DNA of 64,000 nt from Bdellovibrionales bacterium (GTDB lineage Bacteria > Bdellovibrionota > Bdellovibrionia > Bdellovibrionales > Bdellovibrionaceae). This document shows positions 58,525 to 64,000 of the stretch, piece after piece; positions within the stretch are counted from its first letter, which is position 1, and each line of letters starts with the position of its first letter. The notes under the pieces were generated by a model. It did not search any database, was not told where the DNA came from, and saw nothing but the letters and a program-made list of their open reading frames with translations. A program made the translations under genes and the position numbers. The stretch lies in assembly GCA_031370005.1 (NCBI GenBank), contig JANMPT010000024.1:1-64000 (forward strand), read 5' to 3'.

Positions 58525-59961
58525 TTATTTTACCTCAAACGATACAATTAGTAGGCGATTGCCTCGAGCGAGTCTTAAAGTATTGACGCCTCTTTTAAGA
58601 TTTTTAGCGACATCTAGGGCTTTTTTGACCTCTTTCTTATTTACATCTAAAATGAGGTCTCCAACCTGTAAATTGGCCATGGCTGCAAGGCTGCCGCGTT
58701 CTACTTCGATGATCATTGGCTTTTTAATATCACCTGGGATTTGAAATTCCATGTGCAAGTCCTCATTCAGATCGGCAACGCTAAAGCCCAAATTGAAAGG
58801 AGCTTTTTGGCCTGAATATTTTTTGTGAATCTCCCGATCTTTGTTCATGGATGCAAAGTCAGGTCTTGCGATCACAGTCACTTTCATGTGAATGGGCTTG
58901 CGATCGCGGATTACCTTGATCGTTGCAGAGCTACCAATTTTAGTGTCACTCACAGCGTCTACCAGATCGGTAGAGCTTTTGATTTTTTTACCATTGAATT
59001 CAATGACAATATCGTAAGGGCGAAGTCCTGCTTTAATGGCGGGCCCTTTGCTTTTAAGCGCTGTGATGACGGCACCCTCGGGTTCTTGCAGACCCAAGTA
59101 CTCTGGATCAATATTAGGATCCAGATCGCCAAGACTTGCACCGATATAACCTTCTTCAATGCGACCACTTTTTTCAAGCTGTGGAATGATTGCCTTTACT
59201 TCGTCAATGGGAATCGCAAAACCAATGCCCTGGGCTCTTGCATCGATGGCCGAGTTCACGCCAATTACATAGCCCTTGGTGTTCACCAGTGGTCCGCCGG
59301 AGTTTCCAGGGTTGATGCTTGCATCGGTTTGAAGTAATGGAATCTTATTGATCTCGCCAATCTCCCGGCCCTTTGAGGAGATAATCCCCTTCGTCATCGA
59401 GTGACCGTGGCCGTAAGGATTTCCAAAGGCCGCAACCCACTCCCCGACTTCAAGGTCTTTGCTTGATCCTAAGGCTGCCACAGGCAGTTTGCCATCCGGA
59501 ACGATTTTGATGAGGGCAATATCTGTGCGAACATCCGAACCAATAACCACTGCATCATAGAGCTTGTCTGATTTTTCGGTGAGCTGAACCTGGATGCCGT
59601 CCGCGCCTTGGATGACGTGATTGTTCGTTACGATCAGGCCGTCTTCGCGTATGATGAAGCCCGTACCCAAACCATATGGACGGGGTTTGTTCATTTGCTG
59701 TCTGCGAGGCTGCAACGGCATGCCGTAAAATTGTTCGAGCATTTCGAGCATTGGATCCCGCTGCATATTATTCATTCTAGGCACTGCTAGTGTGGAAATA
59801 TTCACAACGGCTGGGTTAATGATACGTGCTAACTCAACAAATAGATTGCTCGGGAGGGGGTCAGAGAACTTCATGGCAGGCGGGGTTTTTTGTGGAATCT
59901 GTGCCTGACCCAATCCTGTGATAAGTACGATGCTAGTAAGGACTATAAATATTTTTTTCAT
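58525..59961 (-). CDS. degP: HtrA/DegP-family serine protease with two PDZ domains
   Basis: TNNHV, DIAL, INPGNSGGPL. Confidence 0.93.
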   Translation of the reverse strand: MKKIFIVLTSIVLITGLGQAQIPQKTPPAMKFSDPLPSNLFVELARIINPAVVNISTLAVPRMNNMQRDPMLEMLEQFYGMPLQPRRQQMNKPRPYGLGTGFIIREDGLIVTNNHVIQGADGIQVQLTEKSDKLYDAVVIGSDVRTDIALIKIVPDGKLPVAALGSSKDLEVGEWVAAFGNPYGHGHSMTKGIISSKGREIGEINKIPLLQTDASINPGNSGGPLVNTKGYVIGVNSAIDARAQGIGFAIPIDEVKAIIPQLEKSGRIEEGYIGASLGDLDPNIDPEYLGLQEPEGAVITALKSKGPAIKAGLRPYDIVIEFNGKKIKSSTDLVDAVSDTKIGSSATIKVIRDRKPIHMKVTVIARPDFASMNKDREIHKKYSGQKAPFNLGFSVADLNEDLHMEFQIPGDIKKPMIIEVERGSLAAMANLQVGDLILDVNKKEVKKALDVAKNLKRGVNTLRLARGNRLLIVSFEVK

Positions 59962-59978
59962 TGGGTTTCTCCTATGCT

Positions 59979-60227
59979 TTATATTTGCACAAACTTAATT
60001 TGCAAATCACTGATTAAGCTTTCTAAGAATTTTTTTTCTTCAACTGTTAAGTTGTTTTTGGTCTTACTCTCTAACATTACAAGTAGGTCAATATTAAAAC
60101 GTGCCATGCTTTTGTCTTTGATAATAGCGCCTCCTGGGGACTCAGGAGCAAGGCCCATGGCAATTGCCGCAGATGAAGCAATGGACATGGCGAGGATTGA
60201 GAACGATACTTCCATTTTATCAGACAT
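59979..60227 (-). CDS. DUF1844 family protein
   Basis: ARFNIDLL.ML..KTKNNLT.EE...L...L..KFV. Confidence 0.85.
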   Translation of the reverse strand: MSDKMEVSFSILAMSIASSAAIAMGLAPESPGGAIIKDKSMARFNIDLLVMLESKTKNNLTVEEKKFLESLISDLQIKFVQI

Positions 60228-60243
60228 ATAATAACCTCGTAGA

Positions 60244-61071
60244 TTAGATCGGGTAGTATCCCATCAGTTTTTGCAATCGAACCTCAATTGAGGGGTGGGA
60301 CCTGAATAATCGTTTTTGTCGGTAACCTTCTGGGTTCACAATAAACAAATGACTCGAACATGGCGGCGGGCGCAGTGGTTGCGTTTGTGCTGAGCCCTCA
60401 AGGCGCCAGAGGATTTCTGCCAAACGGAAACGGTCATGAATAAGTTCAGCAGCCTGCAGGTCATTTTCAAAAAATCTTTTGCGGCCATTTGTGATTTTGA
60501 CTAAGCCCCATCCCAAAGGAGCAAAAATTTTCAAGAAGGGCTTTTGCTTTTGCAACAAGAAGTAGTTTGGTGGCCAGAAGTAATCGAGTAATTTACCAAA
60601 TCCAACAAGGGCATTTGCCAATGTGCTGGCTATGCTAATGGCGAAGGTATCAAGTTTTTTGAGGCTGCAGAGTTGACTAGCAATCACGGCCTCAAGATCT
60701 TCTTTGCAAAAGTTTTTAACCAGCCCTGTGGTTATGGCAATGGCCCCTTTTCTCCAAAGGTGATTTACGCAAAATGCGGTCTCTGTTTCTGTCGCTACTA
60801 AATAAAGATCTGGTGGATTCAAGCCTAAGTGGTTTGAGTATTTTTGCAGGATCTCACTGAGTCCCCAGGGGTCTTGGCCCTGTATTTGTTTAGCAGTCAG
60901 GCTTGTGAGAATTTGCGAATCCCCATAAAAGAGGACAAAAAAATTAAGACTGACAGCACATAAAAAACCAACGAAGAGCCCCAAGCGTTCACCAACATCA
61001 TAGCCGAGCATAAGCAGCATCAGAGAACTAACGAGAATAAAGATCCAGACCTTAGTAGAGTTGGCAGCCAT
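60244..61071 (-). CDS. HtpX/M48-like membrane protein lacking the HEXXH motif
   Basis: AIAITTGL, AVIASQLCS in place of AHELxH, LFIVNP, FRSHPSIEVR. Confidence 0.8.
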   Translation of the reverse strand: MAANSTKVWIFILVSSLMLLMLGYDVGERLGLFVGFLCAVSLNFFVLFYGDSQILTSLTAKQIQGQDPWGLSEILQKYSNHLGLNPPDLYLVATETETAFCVNHLWRKGAIAITTGLVKNFCKEDLEAVIASQLCSLKKLDTFAISIASTLANALVGFGKLLDYFWPPNYFLLQKQKPFLKIFAPLGWGLVKITNGRKRFFENDLQAAELIHDRFRLAEILWRLEGSAQTQPLRPPPCSSHLFIVNPEGYRQKRLFRSHPSIEVRLQKLMGYYPI

Positions 61072-61197
61072 ACATATATTTTTCACATGGGAAGACGTCC
61101 TTGGCAACAGAAAGTAGTGCGTAGCGGCAGTAAGACTAAGCTTGCGAAGGGCCCTACAAAATTGTGAAATGTTCTCTGGTCTTACTGGAGGTATTTT

Positions 61198-62190
61198 GTG
61201 AGTGAAATTGATATCCTGGCCCTGAATGCTGCAATTAAACAAGAAAGTAAATTCGTAGAGAAGATGATGCAAGAAATCAGCAAGGTTGTCGTTGGCCAAA
61301 AGGAAATGGTCGAGGGCATTATGATGGGCCTGCTCACCGGCGGGCATATTTTGCTTGAAGGGGTTCCGGGTCTTGCAAAAACACTCACCATCGCGACAGT
61401 TTCAAAAACGATTTCGTTAGATTTTCAACGTGTCCAGTTCACTCCAGATCTTTTACCAACAGATTTGATTGGAACTATGATCTTTAATCCGAAAACGGGA
61501 GAGTTTAATCCACGGAAGGGGCCAGTTTTTACAAACATAGTTTTGGCCGATGAGATCAATCGAGCTCCGGCGAAGGTGCAAAGTGCTTTGCTCGAAGCGA
61601 TGGCTGAGAAACAGGTCACGATCGGCGATCAATCCTACAAATTAGAAAATCCATTCTTGGTTTTAGCCACTCAGAATCCTCTAGATCAGGAGGGGACTTA
61701 TCCGTTGCCAGAGGCCCAGATGGATCGGTTTATGTTTAAAATTAATGTTGTTTACCCAAGCAAGGGGGACGAGCTTGAGATTCTAAATCGGATGGGAATG
61801 AATGGAAAACCAAATGTGGATGCGGTGATCTCAAAAGAAGACTTATTGCGTGTATCTGAACGCGCAGATCAAATTTATGTGGATAATAAAATTAAAAATT
61901 ACATAGTTGAAATCGTGATGGCCTCTCGCCATCCTTCTGAATATGGCCTGAGCCGTATTGTAAATTTGATAAACGTAGGCGGGTCGCCTCGAGCGACCAT
62001 TGGTCTTTTTAGAGCAGCCAAAGCCCATGCTTTTATTCGAAGCCGTGGCTATGTGACAGCAGAAGATGTAAAAGCCGTGGCATACAATGTTCTTCGTCAC
62101 CGCTTGATTTTGACCTACGAAGCTGAAGCTGAAAATATTAAAACTGATGATGTAATAAAAGAGATCCTAACACAGGTTGAGGTGGCATAA
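61198..62190 (+). CDS. moxR: MoxR-family AAA+ ATPase
   Basis: GVPGLAKT, QFTPDLLP, DEINRAP, ATQNP, GTYPLPEAQMDRF. Confidence 0.95.
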   Translation: MSEIDILALNAAIKQESKFVEKMMQEISKVVVGQKEMVEGIMMGLLTGGHILLEGVPGLAKTLTIATVSKTISLDFQRVQFTPDLLPTDLIGTMIFNPKTGEFNPRKGPVFTNIVLADEINRAPAKVQSALLEAMAEKQVTIGDQSYKLENPFLVLATQNPLDQEGTYPLPEAQMDRFMFKINVVYPSKGDELEILNRMGMNGKPNVDAVISKEDLLRVSERADQIYVDNKIKNYIVEIVMASRHPSEYGLSRIVNLINVGGSPRATIGLFRAAKAHAFIRSRGYVTAEDVKAVAYNVLRHRLILTYEAEAENIKTDDVIKEILTQVEVA

Positions 62191-62191
62191 G

Positions 62192-63058
62192 TTGAGTCTT
62201 CCTCCAGAGGTTTTAAAAAAAGTCAAAATGCTAGAGATCAACACAAGAAAACTTGTGAACAATCTTTTTGCGGGCGAGTACCATACCCACTTCAAAGGGC
62301 AGGGAATGACTTTTTCGGACTTCCGCGAGTATGTTCCTGGCGATGATGTTCGAGCGATTTCTTGGCCACTGACTGCGCGCACAGGCAAAACTTATGTCAA
62401 AACTTTCGAGGAAGAGCGCGAGCTGACCATTATTTTAGCAGTGGACATTAGCGGTTCGACGGATTTTGGTACTGGCGAGTATTTTAAGGGCGAGGTAATG
62501 ACTCATTTAGCAGCGCTTCTAGCTTTTTCTGCCGTGAAAAATAATGATCAGGTGGGGTTGCTGCTTTTTACAGATCAAGTCGAGCACCTGGTTCCACCGA
62601 AAAAAGGACGCAGCCACGTTCATCGTATTTTACGCGACCTTTTATACTATAAACCCAAAAGCCATGCGACGAAGATTTCTAGCGCTTTGACTTTCTTACA
62701 AGGTCTTTTAAAAAAACGTGCGACGATTTTTGTGTTTTCTGATTTTTTTGATGAGAACTATGACCAATCCTTGCGTCTTTTAGGGCGAAAGCATGAAGTT
62801 GTGGCCTGCGTGGTAAATGATAAGGCTGAGACGCAACTTCCCGACATGGGAGTTGTGGAGTTGCAAGATCCTGAGACTGGAGAAGTCGTTACAGTGGATA
62901 CCTCCTCAGAAGTATTTAAGCGGGATTACTTGCGAGAGCTTAAAAAACGTAAAGATATGCGTGACAAACAACTTCGTCTGGCTCAGGTGGAAAGAATTGA
63001 TGTGAATTCTAGTGAGAACTATGTTGATCCTCTCATTGCTTTTTTTAAGAAGAGATAG
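62192..63058 (+). CDS. DUF58 domain protein
   Basis: GMTFSDFREYVPGDDVR, VDISGS, FSDF. Confidence 0.92.
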   Translation: MSLPPEVLKKVKMLEINTRKLVNNLFAGEYHTHFKGQGMTFSDFREYVPGDDVRAISWPLTARTGKTYVKTFEEERELTIILAVDISGSTDFGTGEYFKGEVMTHLAALLAFSAVKNNDQVGLLLFTDQVEHLVPPKKGRSHVHRILRDLLYYKPKSHATKISSALTFLQGLLKKRATIFVFSDFFDENYDQSLRLLGRKHEVVACVVNDKAETQLPDMGVVELQDPETGEVVTVDTSSEVFKRDYLRELKKRKDMRDKQLRLAQVERIDVNSSENYVDPLIAFFKKR

Positions 63059-63064
63059 CGAAGT

Positions 63065-64000
63065 ATGGCGGCCATTGAGTGTAATGTGGACATTCCAAAT
63101 GTTTCGGGTCTTGTGGATCATCAGCTTACTGTGGGCCGAGAGTTTTATTTAGTTTGCAAAGGTGAGTGGCCAAAAGGGTTCAAGCAAGAATCATTAAGAT
63201 TTATTGGCGATGAAAATTTAAAATATCAAATCAAGTTCTTGGGCTTTGAATTCCGCTCACCAGAAGTGGCTGAGATCAAAGTGACCAGCTACGTGCCGGC
63301 AAAACACCAGTTTCCCCAGTTGATTTTGACTGATGGCGAACAAAAAGTCGAATTAAGTACTGTGCAAACCCCTTTGCAGTATGCAGTACAAAGTGTGTTG
63401 GAGCCTCAAAGACAGGGAGGGGCCACGGGGCAGCAGGAAAAAATTGAAGCGTTCGGGCCTATGGGTCCTGCAACAATTGCAGTGCCGGTTTTGTATTGGC
63501 TAGTATTGCTAGGCATTTTTGTTGTTGTTGGAGTGCTCGCAGTCTTAAAGGCTTGGCGTTATCATCAGCGTCGCGAAATGTTATTGGGTCTGAAAGACCA
63601 TGAATCTGCCCTAAGTCCCCTACAAGAGTTTCACCAGAACATGAGACGTCTGCGTAGGGAAAATCCCGTGTTTTATGGGATGGAAGCGACGCCAGAGGAA
63701 CTCCGTCAGGGAGTGGCTGAGCTTTCGCGTATGTTTAAGGTTTTTGTTAGTCGTCGCCTGAAGGTTCCAGCTTTTGAGTGGAATGAGCGATTGATTATCA
63801 AAGATATTCATCGATATCATTTTCTTATTTACGAAGAGTATTCACGAAAAATCCAGGCTCTCTTCTTGGAGTTTCGTAAGGCAGAGGGTGCTAATGCAAA
63901 ATTGAGCGCTAATGACGTGAGTCAGTTGGCGGAGGGGCTTCGTAAGACTCTTGAAGGCATTGAAAACCTGATGAATCGTGAACAGACGGTTCAAAGGCGG
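63065..64000 (+). CDS. Membrane protein of the moxR/bat operon (DUF4381-like position), truncated at the window end
   Basis: Hand translation is open from ATG 63065 to 64000 (MAAIECNVDIP...); central TM YWLVLLGIFVVVGVLAVLKAW. Confidence 0.75.
   Translation, partial: MAAIECNVDIPNVSGLVDHQLTVGREFYLVCKGEWPKGFKQESLRFIGDENLKYQIKFLGFEFRSPEVAEIKVTSYVPAKHQFPQLILTDGEQKVELSTVQTPLQYAVQSVLEPQRQGGATGQQEKIEAFGPMGPATIAVPVLYWLVLLGIFVVVGVLAVLKAWRYHQRREMLLGLKDHESALSPLQEFHQNMRRLRRENPVFYGMEATPEELRQGVAELSRMFKVFVSRRLKVPAFEWNERLIIKDIHRYHFLIYEEYSRKIQALFLEFRKAEGANAKLSANDVSQLAEGLRKTLEGIENLMNREQTVQRR

Noticed and set aside
61072..61347. N-terminal extension of the HtpX-like ORF given by the track
   Set aside because: It overlaps moxR on the opposite strand; ATG 61071 fits the family N-terminus

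Overview
Bacterial chromosome window, most likely from a Bdellovibrionota (Bdellovibrio-like) predator. This is inferred from three short flagellins with flaG-fliD-fliS, a divergent PBP4/DacB, spoVG next to tRNA-Gln and many sigma-28-type promoters. Left to right: the 5' part (>1188 aa) of a giant secreted Ig/carboxypeptidase-regulatory/ZU5 protein that looks teneurin- or RHS-like, with a coupled small lipoprotein; a GNAT-lipoprotein-elbB-ddl operon; fdx-nth-doxX-thiBPQ; a 3D-domain lipoprotein, an XRE regulator and dacB; a flagellin cluster with long structured leaders; a sigma-54-led TPR/Maf-like/two-GT9/two-component cluster running into rsmD-coaD-aminotransferase; housekeeping genes (rfaE2, rsmE, prmA); an accessory stretch (DUF1003, KimA-like permease, His-less hybrid kinase, pilin-like protein, beta-propeller, pstSCAB, SDR/TetR); a cobalamin-riboswitch operon (btuB, TonB-like, DUF4430-like, CWC-DUF5522-like fusion); tRNA-Ala, an AbiEii-like nucleotidyltransferase with a coupled 34-aa ORF, tRNA-Gln, spoVG; degP, DUF1844 and an HtpX pseudoprotease; and the start of a moxR-DUF58 (bat-type) operon. 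No CRISPR array, rRNA, transposase or integrase was seen. All family calls are by eye from motifs; no searches were run.
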